From Thermofilaceae archaeon (lineage in GTDB: Archaea > Thermoproteota > Thermoprotei > Thermofilales > Thermofilaceae): 64,000 nt of DNA. The DNA is taken from the NCBI GenBank assembly GCA_038861545.1, contig JAWCCZ010000005.1:1-64000 (forward strand), given 5' to 3'. Below the pieces are notes generated by a model. It did no database searches. It was not told where the DNA came from and was given only the letters and a program-made list of their open reading frames with translations. Of this stretch, positions 28,424-37,424 are shown piece by piece (positions within the stretch are counted from its first letter, which is position 1; every line of letters begins with the position of its first letter). Position numbers and translations under genes: made by a program.

Positions 28424-30086
28424 AGAAATAACAGAATTATTTGATAGAGCGCGTAGCGAGATGTATATTCCACCTATAACTTCAGACGTAACAATAACTA
28501 GAGGTTCCGTGGAGATTGATATAAAGGGTAATGTTGCTCGCTTGAAAATTCCCGAGGAGATACTTTACGACCCGGAGGGGGGACCTATTCTTTTATGGTA
28601 CTTTAGGCATAACCTGGCTCACATGCATTACTGTCCGTACAATTTAAGAACGATTCAAACTCTCGCTAAGGCAGCCTTCCAAGAGGTGAAAAGCTGGAGT
28701 ATAGCTCATAATGCTGTCAAGGTTTTTGCCGACCTACAGATAGATTTGCTATACCTCCCACTTAAATACGGTCAAGCTCCTTTGCATATATTTTATGAGT
28801 TTGAAAGCAAACCAAAAGGTTTAGATGAATTCCGTTACGCGGCTTATAAGCGTCTTTTCGGTAAAATGTTAAAGATGCATAAGATTGATCCTGATGCTTC
28901 CTTCTATGGCACTATTGCCTCTGAAGTTATTTTAAGCTCAAGATCGTGGATCTCAAAGATTAAAATCATAGCGGCTTTGTTAAAGAAACTACAGGCCCTT
29001 AACAAACTGAAAAGACTTGAGAGCAGCACTGGCAGAAATACTCCATTATATGAAGACTTGGAAGCCGATATGCTGAACGAGGCAAGTATAGCTATGTCTG
29101 GAGTAAGTAAAGAAGAAGCAAGGGAGCTATATAGACACTGGATAAAACATAGAGTGAACATCAAGGAGATAGAGAAAAAGTTCGAGGGTATAACCAAAGG
29201 ACAGGGTAGCGAGAAGGTTAGTGAAATAGAAGTGAAAACAGAGAAAGGTACGGGAGAGGAGCCCGAGCTACCTAGCACATTATCTAAACCACTCTCAAAG
29301 TTCAGCAGCGCTGAGGATGCTGTTTGGAAAGCGCTGTGGTATAAGGCCAGGGCTCAAGAGCTTATTATTGAGTATGGAGGTTACCGGAGAGGTGGTACAT
29401 GGGCAGTATATGCTTACCCAGACCTATGGTTAGTTGAAGATGACCTAGAAGATTTAGATGTAGAGGCAAGCCTAGAAGAAGGCTCGCTGATACCCGAAGA
29501 AACTACGTTGAAAGCTGTGAACCTTCCTTCTCCAGCAGGTGAAATTATTATACAAGAACAAGTCCCTGCCGTTCTCGTGGTACTGGATACAAGCAGGAGT
29601 ATGCTTGGCGCGATCGACGATGCAGCAATAGCGGCTTTTGCAGCCTATTTAAACGCTAAAAAAGCTGGTGGGAAAGTAGCAATTGTAAATTTTTCAACTA
29701 AGTACATAGCGGTAGGATGGGAAGAGCAAGATTTTTGGAAAGAACTGGCATTATCTATTTCACAAGGTGAACTGACGATACTGCCTTTAGGAGCAATAAA
29801 GATCTTAGTTAACGAGCTTGAACATGGGGAAAGTGCATTCATTGTGCTTGTCACTGACTGCGGTTGGCAGAATCTACGGGAAGCCTTAGGTTTTCTAGAA
29901 AATCTGGCTTCAAAAGGGCATAATGTTGTAGTTTTCCATATAGAAGGATGGAAATATCCGAAGAGTTTAGAGGCAGTATCAAGAATACCCAACTTAACTT
30001 TCTATAGGGTAAGGGACCCTTCATTGCTTCGTTACTTGGTCCTCTCCGAGCTAAAGCGCTCTATTTCTACTTCAGTTGTAGGGTAG
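28407..30086 (+). CDS. vWA-domain protein with N-terminal degenerate metallopeptidase-like domain
   Basis: MIDAS motif VVLDTSRSM, IVNFS and LVTDCG; N-terminal HNLAH. Overlaps the AAA gene end. Confidence 0.82.
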   Translation: MPLSYKEITELFDRARSEMYIPPITSDVTITRGSVEIDIKGNVARLKIPEEILYDPEGGPILLWYFRHNLAHMHYCPYNLRTIQTLAKAAFQEVKSWSIAHNAVKVFADLQIDLLYLPLKYGQAPLHIFYEFESKPKGLDEFRYAAYKRLFGKMLKMHKIDPDASFYGTIASEVILSSRSWISKIKIIAALLKKLQALNKLKRLESSTGRNTPLYEDLEADMLNEASIAMSGVSKEEARELYRHWIKHRVNIKEIEKKFEGITKGQGSEKVSEIEVKTEKGTGEEPELPSTLSKPLSKFSSAEDAVWKALWYKARAQELIIEYGGYRRGGTWAVYAYPDLWLVEDDLEDLDVEASLEEGSLIPEETTLKAVNLPSPAGEIIIQEQVPAVLVVLDTSRSMLGAIDDAAIAAFAAYLNAKKAGGKVAIVNFSTKYIAVGWEEQDFWKELALSISQGELTILPLGAIKILVNELEHGESAFIVLVTDCGWQNLREALGFLENLASKGHNVVVFHIEGWKYPKSLEAVSRIPNLTFYRVRDPSLLRYLVLSELKRSISTSVVG

Positions 30087-30105
30087 TAATATGCGAAATG
30101 TAAAA

Positions 30106-30954
30106 CTAGGAAGCAGCTTCTTCCAGTCCTAATTGTTGCTCTATCCCCAATTTCTTAGCTATTTCTTTCCATTTTACGATGGCTTCGCCTTCACTAAGAT
30201 CCTTATCAACTTCATACTCTCTTCTTAGAGCTTCTACTAACTCTTCTGCTAGGCTCTGCGGCGCTTTATTAAGTAACTCCTTAGCTTTATCCAGCTCATT
30301 ATTTTGAATTAAATCTAGAAAATACTGTTTAACGTTAATTATCTTTACCTTACCACTTTCTTTAATTAAGGCTAAACCCGATTCATAGTCAATCTCTACT
30401 TTGGTTTCCTCTTTCTGTTGTCTGAGCTGCTCAATGGCTTCTCTAGAGATAATTTTTTCTAAACCATATACAGAAGCTGCCTTTTCCACTTTTTCTAAGG
30501 CTTTCTTTCCCGTGCTGAGTATTTCTATTAAATCATCGACTCCTAAAGGAAGTTCATATACTTTTCTCCCTACAACCAGAGTAGCTTTTAGGCCTTTAAC
30601 GTTGCTTGTAGGCATTCTAACATCTAAAAAACCGTCATAAGTATATATGGGAATTAACTCTTCTTCTCCGTCTGGAAAAACTACCTTTGCTCCTTCATCC
30701 CATAACCGTGCACTTGTCTCGCCTAACACTAAGTGCCTACCGCTTTCTAAAGCCACCGCGTTGAAGATCCTGGCCAAGTTACCGGCAATACCTTCGACGT
30801 CGCCGTGTACATCATAAATCCTTAAACAAATCCACCCTTTTGATGTTTTTATTTCGACTTCTCCAATAACTCCTCTAACAAGTAACCCTAACAAATTGGC
30901 GGTGTTTACAACTTCCTCCTCTGGAATTTCCCGAGCTACACCAATCCACGCCAA
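30106..30954 (-). CDS. Hypothetical protein
   Basis: 282-aa ORF with typical composition; no recognised motif. Confidence 0.75.
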   Translation of the reverse strand: MAWIGVAREIPEEEVVNTANLLGLLVRGVIGEVEIKTSKGWICLRIYDVHGDVEGIAGNLARIFNAVALESGRHLVLGETSARLWDEGAKVVFPDGEEELIPIYTYDGFLDVRMPTSNVKGLKATLVVGRKVYELPLGVDDLIEILSTGKKALEKVEKAASVYGLEKIISREAIEQLRQQKEETKVEIDYESGLALIKESGKVKIINVKQYFLDLIQNNELDKAKELLNKAPQSLAEELVEALRREYEVDKDLSEGEAIVKWKEIAKKLGIEQQLGLEEAAS

Positions 30955-31061
30955 CGAAATCCCCGAAGCTTGATTTGAAGACCGGCTTAAAGGGTATATA
31001 TCTTACTCTTTACTTTCTCGCGCACATTACGTTTAAGTCTGAATCAAGGTGGTATGACCTC

Positions 31062-32096
31062 GTGAATCTTAAAAATTTCCCTACAGTAAAAGAATCCGTT
31101 CTTTATGAAAAAGCAGGCAGAAAAGTTAGATGCTGCATATGTGAGCGGAGGTGTATCATAGAAGAAGACTCCTTAGGATTCTGTGGTACTAGGATAAACA
31201 TTGAGGGGCATCTATATACTCTTACTTATGGTGATATATCAGTAGTAGAATCACGACCCATAGAAATTAAACCTTTCTACCATTTCTGGCCTGGTTCAAT
31301 TTCTCTCACGTTCAGTACATGGAGCTGTAATTTTACCTGTCCTTGGTGTCAGAACTGGCAATTATCCAAAACTCTACCTCAGCCAGCAAAAGCTAGGTAT
31401 GTATCACCGGACGATTTAATCAAAAAAGCCTTAGGTAAAAACCAGGGTATTTGTGTATCCTTTAACGAACCCTTGATGTTGTTTGAATACAGCTTAGATG
31501 TATTTAAGTTAGCCAGAGCCTTCGGGCTATACTGTACTTATGTTAGTAACGGGTATATGACTCTCGAGGCTCTAAGAAGGCTACATTCGGCTGGTCTTAA
31601 CGGCCTAAAAATCGATGTAAAAGGGGGGGAGCAGGAATACCGTAAATACAATAATGCAATCTCAGAGATAGTTTGGAGAAACGCCAGAGAGGCTAAACGT
31701 ACCGGGATTCATGTTGAAATAGTTTACCTAGTAGTTACTGATGCTACGGATAAGGAGGAGATAATACTGGAGACTATCGAGCGCCATTTAAGAGACCTGG
31801 GACCTGACACACCTATACACTTTACCCGTTATTTTCCTGCTTATGTATACCATAAGCCTCCAACTCCATTGAAAAAACTTGAATGGGCTTACGAACAGGC
31901 AAAGAAAGACGGAGTTTATTTCCCCTACATAGGTAATGTAAGTGGGCATAAGTATGAAAATACCTACTGTCCAGTTTGCGATGAACTTCTGATCAAACGA
32001 TTTGGTCCACAAATTATCAGTTTAAACTTAACTAGAACTAAAAAATGTCCAAAATGTGGTTACGAAGTTCCCATTGTTGGCGAATTACCAGCTTAA
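31062..32096 (+). CDS. AmmeMemoRadiSam-system radical SAM enzyme (PflA-like)
   Basis: CCICERRC, RPIEIKPFYHF, CNFTCPWCQNW, SFNEP, HFTRYFP and ENTYCPVC. Start set to GTG 31062. Confidence 0.9.
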   Translation: MNLKNFPTVKESVLYEKAGRKVRCCICERRCIIEEDSLGFCGTRINIEGHLYTLTYGDISVVESRPIEIKPFYHFWPGSISLTFSTWSCNFTCPWCQNWQLSKTLPQPAKARYVSPDDLIKKALGKNQGICVSFNEPLMLFEYSLDVFKLARAFGLYCTYVSNGYMTLEALRRLHSAGLNGLKIDVKGGEQEYRKYNNAISEIVWRNAREAKRTGIHVEIVYLVVTDATDKEEIILETIERHLRDLGPDTPIHFTRYFPAYVYHKPPTPLKKLEWAYEQAKKDGVYFPYIGNVSGHKYENTYCPVCDELLIKRFGPQIISLNLTRTKKCPKCGYEVPIVGELPA

Positions 32097-32182
32097 GCTT
32101 AGATGAATTAACCTCTCAACTGAATCTTATATGAAAAGCTAAAACTCTTGAAGCTGCTAAACAAACCTAAAATCGATGATGA

Positions 32183-32293
32183 TGCCGGGGCCGGGACTTG
32201 AACCCGGGACCTCCCGGTATCTTCCCGAACCTCAGTCTTCAGCCGGGCGCTATCAGGATCTGTTTAAGACACTCCCAGCTGAGCTACCCCGGC
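32183..32293 (-). tRNA. tRNA-Phe(GAA) with two introns: 22/23 (32252-32271, 20 nt) and 37/38 (32219-32236, 18 nt)
   Basis: Removing both introns gives a canonical cloverleaf (GCTC/GAGC D-stem, CCCGG/CCGGG, CT-GAA-GA). The D-arm intron has a full BHB (GC, UGGG/CCUG, GUCU/AGAU). Confidence 0.94.
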
Positions 32294-32332
32294 TATCAGT
32301 GACTTCTAGAAGGGGGTTATATATCGCTTACT

Positions 32333-33853
32333 TTACCTATCCTGATTAAGTCCAGCTATGGAATCCCAGTTTCTGAGAATGTAATCAATTTCCTCTACCA
32401 GCTTACCAACTTGTACCCTTACCTGAGACCTCGTATCCCTAAAGCGTATAGTGACTGTATCTTTCTCAAGCGTTTCTCCATCTATTGTGACGGCGATTGG
32501 GACGCCTATCTCGTCCGCTTCTACATATCTCCTCCCTATAGTACCTTTCTCGCTGTAAATTGTTGAAAAATGTTCTTTTAACTTCGCGTACACACTTCTA
32601 GCTTTCTTTATAAACTCCGGCTTACTCACAAGAGGTAAAACAGCTACTTTAACTGGAGCTACTTTTGCATGCAGAGAAAGCATCAGTCTTCTCTCAACAA
32701 GCCGGTACGCATCAGATAGCAGTGCTAAAATGATCCGTTCGAGACCAAAAGAGGGTTCAATAACGTATGGGATAAGTTTAACTCCATCATCTTCGATCTC
32801 CATGTTTTTGCCGCTGAACTCCTGATGTCTTCTCAAGTCGTAATTCCCTCTATTAGAGATACCCTCTATTTCCTTCCAGCCCATAAAGGGAAAATTGTAC
32901 TCTATGTCAAATGTCTGCAAAGCATAATGTGCTAACTCGCTCTTAACATGTTCTCTTATTCGTAGTCGGCTTAAGTTTAAACCAATCCTTCTAAACCATC
33001 TCATAGATTCCCCTATCCAGTAAGCATGCCACTGAGACTTGACTAGACCTCTCTTCCAAGCTTCATCAAGAGTGATGATCACATACTCATTCACACCCTG
33101 TTCTTGTTGATCGGCTGTGAGTATATTTACTCTAAGGCCGGATACTTCATTGAAATAGGGGCATTCATCCATCTTATCCGGGTTAATGAAGTACTCTATT
33201 TCCATCTGCTCAAACTCCCTTAGTCTGAATAAGAAACTTCTTGGAGATATTTCGTTTCTAAATACTTTACCTATTTGCGCTATTCCAAATGGTAATTTCA
33301 TACCATATGTATAATAAACATCTCTAAAATTAATGAAAATTAACTGAGCTGTCTCCGGTCTCAAGTATGCCTCATTAGCTTTAGTCTTTTTCGGCCCTAA
33401 GTATGTTGTAAACATTAAGTTGAAAGGTTCAGGTTCGCTTAATTCTCCACCGCACTCAGGACACTTAATACCTTTTCTTTTAATTAAAGCTGAGATAGAT
33501 TCCGCCGATGGTGACACAATATTAATACCTAGATCTTCAAGTAAGTGATCGGCCCTGTAGTCTTTTCCACACTTGTTACAGGTTACTAAATAGTCATAAA
33601 ATGACTCTACATGTCCACTCGCTTCCCATGTCCTGGGATGAGTAATGATACTACCGTGGATGCCTACCACATCTTCTCTCCGTCTGACAAAGAAATACCA
33701 CCAATCATCGATGAGTTCCTTTCTAAGTTCGGCGCCGAGAGGGCCATAATCATAGAAACCCCTTACACCACCGTATATTCTTCCGCTAGGGTAGAAAAAC
33801 CCCTTCCGTAAACAGAAACTTACTAAACCATCTAAAGTCAATGCCTCGGACAT
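32333..33853 (-). CDS. glyS: Glycine--tRNA ligase (alpha2 type)
   Basis: YDYGPLG, WEASGH, YLRPETAQ, FRNEISPR, REFEQMEIE and IEPSFGLERI. Start set to ATG 33853. Confidence 0.97.
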   Translation of the reverse strand: MSEALTLDGLVSFCLRKGFFYPSGRIYGGVRGFYDYGPLGAELRKELIDDWWYFFVRRREDVVGIHGSIITHPRTWEASGHVESFYDYLVTCNKCGKDYRADHLLEDLGINIVSPSAESISALIKRKGIKCPECGGELSEPEPFNLMFTTYLGPKKTKANEAYLRPETAQLIFINFRDVYYTYGMKLPFGIAQIGKVFRNEISPRSFLFRLREFEQMEIEYFINPDKMDECPYFNEVSGLRVNILTADQQEQGVNEYVIITLDEAWKRGLVKSQWHAYWIGESMRWFRRIGLNLSRLRIREHVKSELAHYALQTFDIEYNFPFMGWKEIEGISNRGNYDLRRHQEFSGKNMEIEDDGVKLIPYVIEPSFGLERIILALLSDAYRLVERRLMLSLHAKVAPVKVAVLPLVSKPEFIKKARSVYAKLKEHFSTIYSEKGTIGRRYVEADEIGVPIAVTIDGETLEKDTVTIRFRDTRSQVRVQVGKLVEEIDYILRNWDSIAGLNQDR

Positions 33854-33931
33854 CAAGTTCAGCGAGCCTGTAAGTGCAAGTCTTTTTAAACTTAGCACAC
33901 TCGAAGCCTTTTACATAGTATCTACATGCCT

Positions 33932-35221
33932 TCAACGCAGGCGTAAAATGGGAAGAAGTCGTGGTATAATTACCGGGGCAATTATAAGGGCTATGGTAAT
34001 GATTGAGATGGTTCCTACTAATATGTCAACGGCTTTTCTATGGGTTGAGAAAAATGGGAGCCGGATGAGCGACTCAAGCCCTGCTTTCAAAGTACTGCCC
34101 CCATCAAATGGAATTATAGGGAGCATATTAGCTAATCCAACTGCAAAGTTCATCCATGCAATCCATAGAAGCATGTAAACGATTTCCCAACCGCCAATCG
34201 GTTGTGTATAGAAGCTCTTCAAGTAAGGCAGAAAGCTAGGAGGAAGTGACACTGGTATGAGCATGAGACTGCGTATTGTCCCTAGTAAGTTGCTAAATGG
34301 GCTAGAAAAAGGAGTTAAAAGACTCAACGTTTGATTTAAATCGACTAAGTTTACACCAATGAATCCAAGCCCTTTATCTTCTATTTTACCACTATAGGAA
34401 TACTTATCAGCCAATGTTACGACTATGTCACGTCCCTTTGAAAGCGTTAACGTTGCTCTTTCTCCAGCTTTCCTGTTAGCCATCACCGATAGAAACTGTT
34501 GGAGGTTCATAATTTCGATATCATCAACCCTCACTATTATGTCACCAGGCTGTATTCCAGCCTTTTCAGCCGGCGAGCCTGGGACAATAGCTGTAATACC
34601 CACTCCTTGCACCGTTACTGTGACACCAGTAAGTTGCTGAGAAATCAATAATATAATAAACAGTGTCGCCATCACGTTAGCAAAGGGTCCAGCTGAGAAG
34701 ACTTTCGCCTTAATGATAGGTTTTGCATCCTGTAACTCTTCCCCAGGTTCTACAAAAGCACCTAAAGGTAATATTAGCAGCAATAAACCAGCAGACTTAA
34801 TGGGTATACCGTTTACCCTGGCTTCAAATCCATGTGCTAGCTCATGAAAAATTATAGCTATTATTAATCCTACTAAACCATACCATAAGGGTATAAGAGG
34901 ATTCAGTCCAGGCAAGCCTATTAGCGTGCTTGGCGATGGCGCATATTCAGGTGGTATTGCTAGAGATGCTATAACACTTCCAATTAAAAGGAACATACCA
35001 GCTACCATCCCGATAAGCCAAACTGCAATGGCTATCGGTCCTAGAAAGCGTGCCCATTTCGGAGTAAGGCGCTCTATAGTTTGTGCGCATTTTTCGCATC
35101 GGACAAGCACTACGGGACCGTATAGCTTTACACTCTTAGATCCCTGCAGCCCACGTCGCACAGCGTATACGTAGAACACTAGGCATACAATCAGGAAAGC
35201 TATTGACTGGAACTCCATCAA
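33932..35221 (-). CDS. Site-2 protease (M50) with PDZ domain
   Basis: HELAH, GAFVEP, AGPFAN, PDZ GSPAEKAGIQPGD and NMLPIIPFDGG. Confidence 0.93.
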   Translation of the reverse strand: MMEFQSIAFLIVCLVFYVYAVRRGLQGSKSVKLYGPVVLVRCEKCAQTIERLTPKWARFLGPIAIAVWLIGMVAGMFLLIGSVIASLAIPPEYAPSPSTLIGLPGLNPLIPLWYGLVGLIIAIIFHELAHGFEARVNGIPIKSAGLLLLILPLGAFVEPGEELQDAKPIIKAKVFSAGPFANVMATLFIILLISQQLTGVTVTVQGVGITAIVPGSPAEKAGIQPGDIIVRVDDIEIMNLQQFLSVMANRKAGERATLTLSKGRDIVVTLADKYSYSGKIEDKGLGFIGVNLVDLNQTLSLLTPFSSPFSNLLGTIRSLMLIPVSLPPSFLPYLKSFYTQPIGGWEIVYMLLWIAWMNFAVGLANMLPIIPFDGGSTLKAGLESLIRLPFFSTHRKAVDILVGTISIITIALIIAPVIIPRLLPILRLR

Positions 35222-35261
35222 GCAATAGGATAGAAAACATCCTTCTTTAATGCTTCTGTAG

Positions 35262-35672
35262 CTATGGACTCACAAGGTTCATACATGCATAAAGGTCAGC
35301 GGCTACAAGAAGCGCTCCTATTGAGAAGTTAAATAGACCATTTATACCGTACGATAATGTCTCTAAAGCTTTCTCTTTAACACTGATCGCGTAAATTGAG
35401 GGCATCTTATATACGGCCTCGCGCGCTCCTTTAACAAAAGAAAGTTCGCGCTCGTAATGAGCTATTACATTTAAGATTATTTCCCTTACAGAAGGTGTTG
35501 AAAGACTAGGCACCACATTTTTTTTAACTAATTCAAGCAACTCTTCATATACATTCAGGCCAATATCTATTGCTTCATCTAAATTACCTGTCTCAATTGC
35601 TTCGGTATATTTACTATAAAGGTTACGCACCTTTACGCTTACCGTTTCAGCTTCCACGTGAAAAAAAGACAA
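35262..35672 (-). CDS. Hypothetical helical protein
   Basis: 136-aa ORF; no recognised motif; start uncertain. Confidence 0.65.
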   Translation of the reverse strand: MSFFHVEAETVSVKVRNLYSKYTEAIETGNLDEAIDIGLNVYEELLELVKKNVVPSLSTPSVREIILNVIAHYERELSFVKGAREAVYKMPSIYAISVKEKALETLSYGINGLFNFSIGALLVAADLYACMNLVSP

Positions 35673-35803
35673 CAGATATTAAAATGACTCTAAGATGTGA
35701 AGTAAACGTATTACGCATGTAACGTGGAGCGACTAGCCCCGCTATATCTTCTTTTATGTGGCGAACATCTACCTCACAAAAGGTGAAGGCTTGAAAGAGC
35801 GAC

Positions 35804-35859
35804 AGGTCAGCTCCGTAGCGGTGACTTCACCATTCGCCGCTTTGACCCCTCGTCATCCC
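35804..35859 (-). ncRNA. Candidate C/D-box guide sRNA
   Basis: Minus strand: GGG-ATGACGA(C)-GGGGTCAAAGCG-GCGA(D')-ATG-GTGAAGT(C')-CACCGCTACGGAG-CTGA(D)-CCT. Starts right after the AbrB-like stop codon. GC-rich. Confidence 0.6.
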
Positions 35860-36159
35860 CTACGCTATAGCTTCTATCCTTTTCACTTTAATTCTTGATC
35901 CTGGTAAAATACCATATTTTTCTCTTACTTCCCTTGGTATGGTGAATTGTCTAGAGTCTGTTCTACGAGTTTTAAGTAGTTTAACCTTAAGTGTAAATTC
36001 TATTCCCTCGTACTCTAAAGTTACTAAAACACCATAAACCTCTTGAAGCTTTAACGAGCGAACTAAACTTGCAGGTATTAGGACTTGGTTATTAAGGTAA
36101 ACGTAAGCTTCGTAGGGTACCCCTACAATGTCCCGCCCTGAGAGATGCCTGGACTGCAT
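35860..36159 (-). CDS. AbrB/MazE-like (swapped-hairpin) DNA-binding protein, two modules
   Basis: NNQVLIPASLVRSL and SRQFTIPREVREKYGILPGSRI. Confidence 0.8.
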   Translation of the reverse strand: MQSRHLSGRDIVGVPYEAYVYLNNQVLIPASLVRSLKLQEVYGVLVTLEYEGIEFTLKVKLLKTRRTDSRQFTIPREVREKYGILPGSRIKVKRIEAIA

Positions 36160-36278
36160 GTTCCTTATTTCAGTATAGTTGCTAAAATAAGTTACCTATC
36201 ATGCCCATTTCACCTAATGTGTATGCTTTCGAGTTAGAGTTGCGACAAATTAAAATTTTGACGCATTTTTTAACCACT

Positions 36279-37397
36279 GTGGCCGATTTATTAGTACTAG
36301 ATCCTTGGGGTACGTCCAGCATAAAAGATTACACAAAGTTAATGCAACAGTTTGGTATAGAAGCGCTGACTGAGGAGTTGCTGAAAAAACTCCCATACAT
36401 TCATAGATTAGTAAGAAGAAAAATAATATTTGGTCATAGAGAGTTGGGAATTGTATTGAATGCTCTGCAGAATGGTTCAGAATACGCGGTAATGACTGGT
36501 ATTAAGCCCAGTGGTGATTTCCACTTAGGAACCAAGCTTACTTCGGAGGAATTCATATACTTTTTATCCTTATCATCAAAGTCGCAGGGTTTCTTCGCAG
36601 TAGCCGACCTAGAAGCCTATGCTGATAATAGAATTCCGCTTGAAGAAAGTTATCAAATAGCATTAAATAATCTAATGGATATGCTGGCACTCGGGCTAGA
36701 TCCCAAACGCGTCTATGTTTATAGGCAATCTGAAGAAATGTCAGTCCTACGACTAGCTTTCATATTTTCCAGGTCTGTAACCTACAGCACTCTAGAAGCT
36801 ATCTATGGTCAAAAACCTTTCAGCCTATATTTTTCAGCGCTTGTACAAGCCGGTGATATACTTAACCCGCAACTTCCCCATTACGGTGGACCTAAACCTA
36901 CCCTGGTCCCCGTAGGAGCAGATCAGGATCCTCATATAAGGCTGACACGCGACCTTGCCTCCAAGTATAAAGGCGACTTAGGTTTTATACCTCCGGCTGC
37001 TACCTATCATAAATTACTAAGAGACCTTACTGGTCAAGAGAAGATGTCTAAGCGAAATCCTATGGGCATACTGTACTTGAATGAGGATTTAGAGTCGGCT
37101 AAAATAAAGGTTATGAGCGCATACACAGGGGGGCGGGCCACAGCCGAGGAACAGAGGATGCTGGGTGGTGAACCCGAAAAATGTGTAATTTTCGTCGAAC
37201 TGCTCTCAGCACATTTCCTAGAAGACGATAAGAAGCTTGAAGAATTGTATTGGAATTGTAAAACGGGTTGTATACTTTGCGGTGAATGCAAAGCGAAGGC
37301 TTGGGAAGTCATAAGTATATGGTTAAAAGACCATCAAGCAAAGAGATCTAAAATGAAGGATATGGCTGAGCGGTTACTGGCAGAGAAAACATTTTAG
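36279..37397 (+). CDS. trpS: Tryptophan--tRNA ligase
   Basis: LDPWG, TGIKPSGDFHLG, VPVGADQDPH, KMSKR, TGGRATAEEQR and CGECK. Start set to GTG 36279. Confidence 0.96.
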   Translation: MADLLVLDPWGTSSIKDYTKLMQQFGIEALTEELLKKLPYIHRLVRRKIIFGHRELGIVLNALQNGSEYAVMTGIKPSGDFHLGTKLTSEEFIYFLSLSSKSQGFFAVADLEAYADNRIPLEESYQIALNNLMDMLALGLDPKRVYVYRQSEEMSVLRLAFIFSRSVTYSTLEAIYGQKPFSLYFSALVQAGDILNPQLPHYGGPKPTLVPVGADQDPHIRLTRDLASKYKGDLGFIPPAATYHKLLRDLTGQEKMSKRNPMGILYLNEDLESAKIKVMSAYTGGRATAEEQRMLGGEPEKCVIFVELLSAHFLEDDKKLEELYWNCKTGCILCGECKAKAWEVISIWLKDHQAKRSKMKDMAERLLAEKTF

Positions 37398-37424
37398 AAT
37401 GCGCGTAATCCCGCTTTATTAGCT

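Noticed and set aside
35860-36159. AbrB-like gene as the antitoxin of a toxin-antitoxin pair
   Set aside because: No adjacent PIN/MazF-type toxin; the next ORF is 190 bp away and has no toxin motif.
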